A stretch of 64,000 bases of DNA, taken from contig JADJXE010000001.1 in NCBI GenBank assembly GCA_016716005.1, positions 655,011 through 719,010 of the forward strand, given 5' to 3'. A program made the translations under genes and the position numbers. This stretch comes from Acidimicrobiales bacterium. Lineage in GTDB: Bacteria > Actinomycetota > Acidimicrobiia > Acidimicrobiales > JADJXE01. Every line of letters begins with the position of its first letter. The stretch's first letter is position 1. The notes under the pieces are model-generated. The model was not told the DNA's origin. It was given only the letters and a program-made list of their open reading frames with translations, and ran no database searches. This document shows, in pieces, positions 54,890-62,506 of this stretch.

Positions 54890-55977
54890 CGGTGTTCCCC
54901 CTCCTGTCCGGTGACCGGGTCTGCGACGTGGAAGGCCGCGGATCGCGGCCAGGCCAGGCGGACGCGGTCGCCCACCCGGGTGGCGCCTGCGGTCCCGTCG
55001 CTGGACACGCTGGCGATTAGCTCGGTGGCGTCGTCGAGCAGCACGCGGACCCTCGACTCGGCCCCCAGGTACTGCACGTCGCGCACGGTGCCCTCGACGC
55101 TCACGTCGTCGCCGGGCTGCTCGCCCGCCGCGAGCAACCGGATGCGCTCCGGGCGCACGGTGAAGCTGCCCGGCCGGCCGAGCACCCGCTGGGCCAACTC
55201 GCCCACCAGCAGGTTCGACGTGCCCACGAACCCGGCGACGAACGCGGTGGCCGGGTGCGCGTAGATCTGGCGCGGGGCGCCGACCTGCTCGACGCGGCCC
55301 TGGTTGAACACCGCGATCCGGTCGCTCATGGAAAGGGCCTCGCCCTGGTCGTGCGTGACGAACACGAAGGTGATACCCACCTCGTGCTGGATCGCCTTGA
55401 GCTCCACCTGCATGCCCTCGCGGAGCTTCAGGTCGAGCGCGCCCAGGGGCTCGTCGAGCAGCAGCACGCGCGGGTGGTTCACCAGGGCCCGGGCCAGGGC
55501 CACCCGCTGGCGCTGGCCGCCGGAGAGCTGGCCGGGCCGTCGGTCGCCGAGGCCCGAGAGACGGACCACCTCGAGCATCTCGCCCGCCCGGCGGCGCCGC
55601 TCGGCCTTCCCCACCCGCTTCACCCTCAGGCCGTACTCGACGTTCTGCTGCACGCTCAGGTGCGGGAAGAGCGCGTAGTCCTGGAACACGGTGTTCACCG
55701 GCCGCTCGTAGGGCGGCTGGCGGGTGACGTCGTGGCCATGGAGGAGCACGGCCCCGGCGGTGGGCTCCTCGAAGCCGGCCACCATCCGCAGGACCGAGGT
55801 CTTCCCCGAGCCGGAGGGCCCGAGCAGCGAGAAGAACTCGCCGTCGGCGATCTCGAGGTCGATGCCGGCGACCGCGACGACCTCGCCGAAGGTCTTGCGG
55901 AGCCCGACCAGCTGGACCGCGGGGACGCCACCGACGCGCTCGCCCGCCGCCACCGCGACGCCGCGTGCCTCGGTCAC
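54886..55977 (-). CDS. potA: polyamine-type ABC ATPase (PotA-like)
   Basis: Within ORF 54886..56046. GPSGSGKTS, LSGGQRQRVALARAL. The start is set to GTG 55977 because codons between 55978 and 56046 have low GC3. Confidence 0.85.
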   Translation of the reverse strand: MTEARGVAVAAGERVGGVPAVQLVGLRKTFGEVVAVAGIDLEIADGEFFSLLGPSGSGKTSVLRMVAGFEEPTAGAVLLHGHDVTRQPPYERPVNTVFQDYALFPHLSVQQNVEYGLRVKRVGKAERRRRAGEMLEVVRLSGLGDRRPGQLSGGQRQRVALARALVNHPRVLLLDEPLGALDLKLREGMQVELKAIQHEVGITFVFVTHDQGEALSMSDRIAVFNQGRVEQVGAPRQIYAHPATAFVAGFVGTSNLLVGELAQRVLGRPGSFTVRPERIRLLAAGEQPGDDVSVEGTVRDVQYLGAESRVRVLLDDATELIASVSSDGTAGATRVGDRVRLAWPRSAAFHVADPVTGQEGEHR

Positions 55978-56046
55978 GTCGACCCCCTTCGGACCCCGAC
56001 CCCGTGAACGGACCGGAACACTAGACCGAACGCCCGGTGGCGCCAT

Positions 56047-56091
56047 CGGGCCCGGGGCCCGGGGGCCGGGGCCCGGGGGCCCGGGGGCCCG
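56047..56091. repeat. 45-nt pure G/C tract of alternating G3-5 and C2-3 runs
   Basis: C GGG CCC GGGG CCC GGGGG CC GGGG CCC GGGGG CCC GGGGG CCC G. It lies between the RDD stop (56095) and the potA start (55977). Confidence 0.95.
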
Positions 56092-56094
56092 TGC

Positions 56095-56661
56095 TCAGGC
56101 GGAGCGGCGCTCGGGCTCCACCCCGGCCCCGTCGGCCACCTCGCGGGCGGGCCGGGCGACCGCCACGGCACGGCGCCCTGCGAGCCAGGGCTCGCGCTGG
56201 TGCCAGTCGTAGACGACGGCGGTGCGCAGCATCAGATCCTGCCACGACGCGTTCTTGCGGCTGACCGTCGCCCACATCAGCCCGGGCGTGCCCGGGACGA
56301 AGAGGCACAGCGCGGCCCGCAGGAACGCCCTCCCGGGCTTGAGGCGTTGCCCGCTGGCGCGCAGGACGCGCAGCCCCACCAGCTGCTTGCCGAGGGTCTT
56401 GCCGGTGGCGGCCCACGCTCCCCCGAGATAGACGAACAGCACCAGCGGCACGCCGATCACGGACACCCACGCCGGCGGGCTGCTGAAGCCCACCTTGCCT
56501 CCCGTGACCAGGGCCCAGAACAGCTCCCACCCCAGCACGGCGGTGACCCAGACGCCGAACACCACGAACCAGTCGAGGGCGTTGGCCGCCACCCGGGTGA
56601 CGATGCCGGCCCGGCGCCCCAGCGCGTCCTCGGGGTGAGGGGCCGCGTCGGCGGAGGTCAC
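56095..56661 (-). CDS. RDD-family membrane protein
   Basis: ORF 56095..56661. GRRAGIVTRVAANALDW..., LGKQLVGLRV..., SWQDLMLRTAVV. Confidence 0.8.
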   Translation of the reverse strand: MTSADAAPHPEDALGRRAGIVTRVAANALDWFVVFGVWVTAVLGWELFWALVTGGKVGFSSPPAWVSVIGVPLVLFVYLGGAWAATGKTLGKQLVGLRVLRASGQRLKPGRAFLRAALCLFVPGTPGLMWATVSRKNASWQDLMLRTAVVYDWHQREPWLAGRRAVAVARPAREVADGAGVEPERRSA

Positions 56662-57578
56662 CGCTCGTCCTGGGCCGCCGGCGCAGGCGCAGGCGCTGGC
56701 CGCTCGATGGGCCCACCCAGCTCGAGCCGCCGCGCCCGGCGGCGGAACAGGATCCGGTCGACCACGTGCGCCACGAACTCGTCGACGGTGATGCCCTGGG
56801 CCCGCACCGCGTCGAGGGTCTCCGACGCCAGCGTGCTCGACGAGCTGCGCACCAGCGCCGGCAGCTCGATCTCGTCGACGACATCGGTCGCGATCCCGGC
56901 CAGGTCGACCCGCGTGGTGACGATCCGGTTGAAGTCGAGCCGGTCGAGCACCTGGTCGAAGTCGACCAGTCCGATGATGGCGTTCAGGTCGACGCGCTCC
57001 GCCACGATCTGGTTCAGGTCGAGCAGATCCACGACGGCGTTCACGTCGACCCGCTCCGCGATGATCCGGTTCAGGTCCAGCCGGTCGACGATCTTGTCGA
57101 TGTCGACGCGAGCCACGATGGCGTCGAGGTCGATCTCGTCGAGCGCAGCCTCGACCGCCCGGCGGACCGCATCGCGCAAGAGGGCCGCGGCAGCGGCCCG
57201 ATCGCGGGCGAGGGCGGCGCTCCCGGCGTCGTCCAGCGCCACCACGGGCCGGCCCGCCCGATCCAGCAGGGCACGGATCGGCACCGGGCTGGCCAGCACC
57301 CCGGCGACCGCTGCGAGCCGCCGCTCGGCGGCGGCCAGCGCGACGAGCGCGGCCTCCTGCGCCCGCAGCCCGAGCCCCAGCGCAGCCCTCGGCAGCCTGG
57401 CCGGCAGGCCCGCTGCGTCGGCCGGGCCCGAGCCGCCGAGCAGCTCCACCAGCGCGTCCGCGGCCAGGGCGGCCAGCCCCACGGCCGCGCGCGTCGCCCG
57501 CTCGGAGAGATCGGCCAGCGCAGGGACGAGCGGCGCGGCACCGTCGGCTGTGGGGGTCGGGCTGGCGTCGCGGTCCAT
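56658..57578 (-). CDS. hypothetical protein with about 10 tandem 9-10-aa (V/L)D(L/I/V/F)(N/D)xI(V/I)x(E)R units
   Basis: Within ORF 56658..57965, with ATG at 57578. Its stop forms a GTGA overlap with the RDD start. The repeat region is about 56862-57134: IDLDAIVAR VDIDKIVDR LDLNRIIAER VDVNAVVDL LDLNQIVAER VDLNAIIGL VDFDQVLDR LDFNRIVTTR VDLAGIATDV. Confidence 0.75.
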   Translation of the reverse strand: MDRDASPTPTADGAAPLVPALADLSERATRAAVGLAALAADALVELLGGSGPADAAGLPARLPRAALGLGLRAQEAALVALAAAERRLAAVAGVLASPVPIRALLDRAGRPVVALDDAGSAALARDRAAAAALLRDAVRRAVEAALDEIDLDAIVARVDIDKIVDRLDLNRIIAERVDVNAVVDLLDLNQIVAERVDLNAIIGLVDFDQVLDRLDFNRIVTTRVDLAGIATDVVDEIELPALVRSSSSTLASETLDAVRAQGITVDEFVAHVVDRILFRRRARRLELGGPIERPAPAPAPAAQDER

Positions 57579-57642
57579 GTGCGACGCCACGCTAGGGCGG
57601 GGCGCGACCGGCTGCACGGATCGAGGCTGGCATGATCCCGTC

Positions 57643-58245
57643 ATGCGCACCGCCGGAGCCCGCGCCCGCCGTCGAGCGGGCCGGGGCCGCGCCGCCGCGG
57701 CCGGCATCGCGCTGGCCGTCCTGGCGGCCGGCGGGTGCTCCGACGACACGCCGGCCGGCTCGGAGGCCGCCGATGCCCTGGCCGCGGTCCGCGTGCCCGA
57801 CACCATCGTCGTGACCAGCCCGGTGCTCACCGACGGCGGTCCCCTCGCCCTCCCGTTCACCTGCGAGGGCCCGGGCTTCTCCCCGCCGTTGCAGTGGACC
57901 GACCTCCCCGAGGGCACGGCCGAGGTGACGGTGGTGCTCGACGACATCGACGCGCCCGGCGGCACCTACGTCCACTGGATCGCCACCGGGATCGACCCCA
58001 CGGAGGCCGCCCTGCTCGAGGGCCAGCTCCCCCCGGACGCGGTCTCGGCGGTGAACAGCGGCGGCGAGCCCGGCTACGCACCCCCCTGCCCGCCCGAGGG
58101 CGAGGAGCACCGCTACGTGTTCAGCGTGTACGCGCTGGGCGAGCCGCTGCCCGCTCCCGAGGCCTTGACCGTGGACGAGACGCTCGACGCCATCGCCGGC
58201 AGCGCTATCGCCCGAGGCGTGCTGGCCACGCGCTTCACTCGCTGA
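57643..58245 (+). CDS. YbhB/YbcL (PEBP/Raf-kinase-inhibitor-like) family lipoprotein
   Basis: Within ORF 56200..58245, with ATG at 57643. Lipobox LAAGGCS. DDIDAPGGTYVHW...EHRYVFSVYAL. Confidence 0.8.
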   Translation: MRTAGARARRRAGRGRAAAAGIALAVLAAGGCSDDTPAGSEAADALAAVRVPDTIVVTSPVLTDGGPLALPFTCEGPGFSPPLQWTDLPEGTAEVTVVLDDIDAPGGTYVHWIATGIDPTEAALLEGQLPPDAVSAVNSGGEPGYAPPCPPEGEEHRYVFSVYALGEPLPAPEALTVDETLDAIAGSAIARGVLATRFTR

Positions 58246-58257
58246 GCCGAGCGGTGG

Positions 58258-58317
58258 GCCGTCGCGCCGCCAGCCGTCGCGCCGCCAGCCATCGCGCCGC
58301 CGGCCATCGCGCCGACC
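58258..58317. repeat. 15-bp intergenic tandem repeat, 4 units
   Basis: GCCGTCGCGCCGCCA x2, then GCCATCGCGCCGCCG, then GCCATCGCGCCGACC. The array fills the convergent gap between the stops at 58245 and 58330. Confidence 0.95.
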
Positions 58318-58329
58318 ACCGGCGGCCGG

Positions 58330-59709
58330 TCAGCCGGTGGTGGCCTCGGTGAGCTCGAAGTACTCGAAGGTGGGTGTGCGGACGAGCGGAGCGAAGAACA
58401 CGTACGGGAACGTGCCCCGCCGGGTGCGCAGGACCTCGACGGCGTCGTTGTAGTAGCCGCGGGCGTAGGCCACCAGGTTCTCCTGGCGGCGGAGCTCGCC
58501 GGACAGGCGGAGGAACACCTGATCGGCCTTCAGCTGCGGGTACGCCTCGCCCAGTTCCAGCAGCCGGCGATCGGCGACGGCGGCCGCGCCCTGCGCCCGG
58601 GACGCCTCGGCCAGCTGGGCCGACGTGGGCATGCGGCTCCCACCGGTGAGCGTGGACCGCGCCCGGCCGATGAGCTCCAAGGTGTCGAGCTCGTGAGCGG
58701 CATAGCCCCGCACCACGGCCACCAAGGGCTCGATGGTGGCCGTGCGTCGCTGCGTGGCCACCTCGATGAGGGCCCACGCCTGCTCGGCCTGGTGCCGCAC
58801 GGTGACCAGGCGGTTGTACACGCGGGCCAGCCACATCACCCACAGCACGAGGAGCAGCCCGCCGGCCAGCGACGCAGACCACAGGCCGAGGGTGCTGCCC
58901 TGCCAGCGGGCGTCGGCCTCCAGGGTGGCGATCAGCCCGACGCTCCACGGCAGCCCGGCGGCGCCGAGCACCGCGGCGGTCAACCCACCCCAGGCCGAGC
59001 AGCCGGCCTGGCCCAGCGCCTTCTCCTCGTCGCCGGCGATCAGCACCAGCTCGCCGTTGTCGGCCCCCTGCGCGGTGGTCGCGAACTCCACCCCCACCGC
59101 ACCGTCCTCGCGCATCCGGGTGCCGCCGATGGCGAACACCTGCTCGCCCTGGCCGATCCAGTGCTCCGACACCCGCCAGGTGCCGGGCCAGGAGGCGATG
59201 GGCCCGTCGGGTCCCTCGGCAGGCACGGGTGCGCCGGCCACCTGGTGGAGCGCGGCCAGCACCACCTCGGGGTTCTCCTCGATGCTCGACTGCGACCAGG
59301 TGACGTCGGCGCCGCCCGGCTGCACCAGGACCGAGCCGGAGTCGTCGGTGATCCAGAACGGGACGATCGAGGTCGCCTGATGGCGTGTCTCCCAGCTGTG
59401 GCCGTTCCTGGTGACGATCCGCTCCTGGACCTCGAACCTCCACAGGGCGCAGGCCGCGCCCGTGAGGGGGCTGACGACGGGTCCCACCGGCTGGACCACC
59501 CCGGTCACCTCGCAGCGGCCCAGGAAGGCGGCGGCGGCCTTCGACGTGGGCGTGTCGATGATCGCCCAGCGCCGGCGCCACCACACCAGGCCCAGCCAGA
59601 GCCCGCCCACGAAGAGGAACGCGCAGACCACGAGCGGGAGGAACTCCCACTCCGACGAGGCCAGCACCTGTGGCGGGGCGACGGCCGCCACCGCCACCAG
59701 GGGGCTCAT
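58330..59709 (-). CDS. GIDE-domain / LemA-domain fusion membrane protein
   Basis: Within ORF 58330..59814, with ATG at 59709. N-terminal TM helix plus WAIIDTPTSKAAAAFLGRCEVTGVV...SPLTGAACALWRFEV (GIDE-like). Central TM helices, then RVYNRLVTVRHQAEQAWALIEV...VRGYAAHE...AYPQLKAD...ENLVAYARGYYNDAV (LemA-like). Confidence 0.75.
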   Translation of the reverse strand: MSPLVAVAAVAPPQVLASSEWEFLPLVVCAFLFVGGLWLGLVWWRRRWAIIDTPTSKAAAAFLGRCEVTGVVQPVGPVVSPLTGAACALWRFEVQERIVTRNGHSWETRHQATSIVPFWITDDSGSVLVQPGGADVTWSQSSIEENPEVVLAALHQVAGAPVPAEGPDGPIASWPGTWRVSEHWIGQGEQVFAIGGTRMREDGAVGVEFATTAQGADNGELVLIAGDEEKALGQAGCSAWGGLTAAVLGAAGLPWSVGLIATLEADARWQGSTLGLWSASLAGGLLLVLWVMWLARVYNRLVTVRHQAEQAWALIEVATQRRTATIEPLVAVVRGYAAHELDTLELIGRARSTLTGGSRMPTSAQLAEASRAQGAAAVADRRLLELGEAYPQLKADQVFLRLSGELRRQENLVAYARGYYNDAVEVLRTRRGTFPYVFFAPLVRTPTFEYFELTEATTG

Positions 59710-59764
59710 CGCCCCATCTTCGCCTCGGAGGGAGCGCCGCCCGCCCCGTGGGTACTGTCGTGCG

Positions 59765-60775
59765 ATGGCTGTGCACACCGGGCCGGCGCGGTTGCGCTGG
59801 GGGATCCTGTCCACGGCCAGGATCGCTCGTCAGAAGGTCGTGCCCGGGATGCACGCGGCCCCGAGCTGCGTGGTGGTGGCCATCGCCAGCCGGGACCGGG
59901 CCCGGGCCGGCCGGGCGGCCGCCGAACTGGGCATCCCGACGGCGCACGGTTCCTACGAGGCCCTGCTCGCCGACCCCGAGGTGGACGCGGTCTACGTCCC
60001 GCTGCCCAACCACCTCCACGCCCAGTGGACGATCGCGGCGGCGCGGGCCGGCAAGCACGTGCTGTGCGAGAAGCCGCTCGCCGTCACGTCCGCCGAGGCG
60101 GCGCGGATGGTGGAGGCCTGCGAGGACGCCGGCGTGCTGCTGATGGAGGCGTTCATGTACCGGCTCCACCCGTCGTGGCAGACGGTTGTCGAGCTGGTCG
60201 ACAGCGGGCGCATCGGTGAGCTCACCGCCATCCAGAGCTGGTTCTCCTACTTCAACGACGACCCCGGCAACATCCGCAACGTCGCCTCGTACGGGGGCGG
60301 CGCCCTGCTCGACATCGGCTGCTATCCGGTGAACCTGTCGCGCCTGCTGTTCGGCGGGGAGCCGACGGGCGTCGAGGCCTCGTCGATCCGCGACCCCGCC
60401 TCGGGGGTCGACGTGCTGACCTCCGCGGTGCTCGAGTTCGGCCCCCGGGGGACCGCCACGTTCACGTGCTCCACCCGGGTCGAGCCCGACCAGCGGGTCC
60501 ACGTGTACGGCTCGGCCGGGCGGATCTCCGTCGAGATCCCGTTCAACATCCCGCCCGATCGCCCCACCCGCGTGCTGGTCACCGCCGGCGGCGACCCGCC
60601 GGTCGATCCGGCCACGGAGGCGATCACGCTGCCCCCGGCGGACCAGTACGCGATCGAGGCCGAGCGCTTCGCCCGGGCGGTGCTCGACGGCACCCCGGTG
60701 CCGATCGCACCGGCCGACGGCGTGGCGAACCTCCGGGTGATCGAGCGCATCAGCGCCAGCGCCGCCGGGCGCTGA
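59765..60775 (+). CDS. Gfo/Idh/MocA-family oxidoreductase
   Basis: Within ORF 59411..60775, with ATG at 59765. LRWGILSTARIA..., VYVPLPNHLHAQW..., GKHVLCEKPLA. Confidence 0.85.
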   Translation: MAVHTGPARLRWGILSTARIARQKVVPGMHAAPSCVVVAIASRDRARAGRAAAELGIPTAHGSYEALLADPEVDAVYVPLPNHLHAQWTIAAARAGKHVLCEKPLAVTSAEAARMVEACEDAGVLLMEAFMYRLHPSWQTVVELVDSGRIGELTAIQSWFSYFNDDPGNIRNVASYGGGALLDIGCYPVNLSRLLFGGEPTGVEASSIRDPASGVDVLTSAVLEFGPRGTATFTCSTRVEPDQRVHVYGSAGRISVEIPFNIPPDRPTRVLVTAGGDPPVDPATEAITLPPADQYAIEAERFARAVLDGTPVPIAPADGVANLRVIERISASAAGR

Positions 60776-60781
60776 CGTCGG

Positions 60782-62506
60782 TCAGTCGCGGCCGACCGAC
60801 AGGATCCGGTCGGCCTCGACGTCGGCCACCGTGGTCGTCTCGCCGTCGGGCCAGCGCACCCGCACCTCGTCGACCTGCGTCGCGGTGCCGAGGCCGACAT
60901 GGGCTCGGGGATCCTCCGACGAGAGGAAGCTGCCACCCGCCCGGATCTCCCGCACCAGCTCGGTGCCGTCGGGCAGCACCACGGTGACGGTCGCACCGGG
61001 CGCGAACTCCTCGAGGGCGACCTCCAGCCAGTGGCCCCCGGCGCCGGTGTTGCGGAGGAGCACCAGCTCGCCGGCGATCGCCACGATGGCGACGTCGAGG
61101 TCGCCGTCGTTGTCGTAGTCGGCGGCGGCGAGGCCACGGCCCTGGATCGGCCCGAGGGCGTCGAGGCCGGCGCCGAGCGGCGCCAGCCGGCCCGCCTCAC
61201 CCTGCGCGGTGCGGTTCTCGAACGCCTCGACCGGCTCCCGGTCGGCCTCGAGGTCGACGATGGGCAGCGCACCGCTGGCCACGACCAGATCGAGGTCGGT
61301 GTCGAGGTCGAGGTCGGCCCACGACGCACCCCAGCCGGTGACGTCGAGGCCCAGGTCGGGCACGCCCGCCTCCCCGGTGGCCACCGCATCGACGAACGCG
61401 AGCCCGCCGGCGCCGCTCTGGTTCCGGTAGAGCGAGTGGCGCTCGCCGTCGATGTTGGTGACCAGCAGGTCGACCGACCCGTCGGCGTCCTCGTCGCCGG
61501 CGGCGACGCCCATCGCGCTGGTGGGATCGCCGACCCCCGCCTCGACCGCACGCTCGTCGAGCCGGAAGCCGAGCCCGCCGGCATCGCCGTCCGGCTCGTT
61601 CACGTACAGGCGGTTGGGGTTGGTCTCGTTGGCGACGAACAGGTCGAGGTCGCCGTCGCCGTCGACGTCGCTGAACACCGCACCGAGCCCGTACTCGGCG
61701 CCGTCCGGCTCGAGCCCGACCGCCTCGCCGACCTCGCGGAACCGGGGCCGGTCGTCGTCGCCGGGCCCGAGGTTGAGGTACAGCAGGTCGGGCTCGGCCA
61801 GGAAGTTCGCGGGGAAGGCCCGGCCGGCGTCGGGGTTCCGTCCGTTGCGGTTCACGTAGCCGGCGACGAAGACGTCGGGCCACCCGTTGCCGTCGACGTC
61901 GCCCACCGCCACCCCGGCGTGCCAGCCGTAGCCGTCGACCCCGGCGGCCGCCGCCCCTTCCTCGAAGGCGTCGCCGCCCTCGTTCCAGAGCAGCACGTTC
62001 TCGCGCTCGGTGGTGACGTAGAGATCGGTCCAGCCGTCGAGGTCGAGGTCGGCGGCCACGCACCCGGTGCCCCGGATCGCGAGGCCGGCCCCGGCGTCGT
62101 CGGTGACGTCGACGAACGTGCCGCCGTCGTTGCGGAACAGCGCCGTCTCGGGCAGACCGCCCTCTCGGCGCCACTGACCCCACTCCCGCTCGGACCAGAG
62201 GTTGACGACGAACAGGTCGAGCCAGCCGTCGCGGTCGTAGTCGATCCAGCACAGCCCGCCCGCGGTCATCGAGACCGGGTCGCTGGTGAGGCCCCACCGG
62301 AAGGCGCCGTGGCGGAAGTCGAGCCCCACCTCGCCGGCCACGTCGGTCAGCCGGACGAGGTCGGCCGAGGGCTGGGCCGGGCGGTCGACGTCGGCCCCGG
62401 GAGCGGGACCACCCCCGTCGCCGCTCGAGCCGACGCAGGCCGGCAGGGCGAGCAGGCAGGCGACGACCGCGGCCCCCAGCGCCCGTCGGGGCCTACGCCA
62501 CGCCAC
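60782..62506 (-). CDS. CRTAC1-family lipoprotein (FG-GAP/VCBS repeats plus an ASPIC/UnbV C-terminal domain)
   Basis: ORF 60782..62506. Lipobox LALPACVG. Repeated D.D.DG..DL motifs. GGSFLSSEDPRAHVGLG near the C-terminus. Confidence 0.85.
   Translation of the reverse strand: MAWRRPRRALGAAVVACLLALPACVGSSGDGGGPAPGADVDRPAQPSADLVRLTDVAGEVGLDFRHGAFRWGLTSDPVSMTAGGLCWIDYDRDGWLDLFVVNLWSEREWGQWRREGGLPETALFRNDGGTFVDVTDDAGAGLAIRGTGCVAADLDLDGWTDLYVTTERENVLLWNEGGDAFEEGAAAAGVDGYGWHAGVAVGDVDGNGWPDVFVAGYVNRNGRNPDAGRAFPANFLAEPDLLYLNLGPGDDDRPRFREVGEAVGLEPDGAEYGLGAVFSDVDGDGDLDLFVANETNPNRLYVNEPDGDAGGLGFRLDERAVEAGVGDPTSAMGVAAGDEDADGSVDLLVTNIDGERHSLYRNQSGAGGLAFVDAVATGEAGVPDLGLDVTGWGASWADLDLDTDLDLVVASGALPIVDLEADREPVEAFENRTAQGEAGRLAPLGAGLDALGPIQGRGLAAADYDNDGDLDVAIVAIAGELVLLRNTGAGGHWLEVALEEFAPGATVTVVLPDGTELVREIRAGGSFLSSEDPRAHVGLGTATQVDEVRVRWPDGETTTVADVEADRILSVGRD

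Noticed and set aside
55978-56046. Longer potA start (ATG 56046)
   Set aside because: The 23 extra codons have many A/T third positions, unlike the rest of the gene. They begin immediately at the edge of the G/C tract. GTG 55977 gives a normal PotA N-terminus.
7990-58317. Tandem repeats as possible CRISPR arrays
   Set aside because: All arrays are head-to-tail with no spacers, have at most 5 units, and most are in-frame inside genes. No cas genes are present.
58113-58319. 68-aa ORF MVGAMAGGAMAGGATAGG...
   Set aside because: It is simply the translation of the 15-bp tandem repeat in a convergent intergenic gap.
59735-59800. Possible sixth REP-like copy (GGTACTGTCGTGC...GTGCACACCGG) upstream of the Gfo/Idh/MocA gene
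   Set aside because: It lacks the CCGTTCTGTG 10-mer and has no convincing inverted-repeat partner. The similarity is too weak to call.
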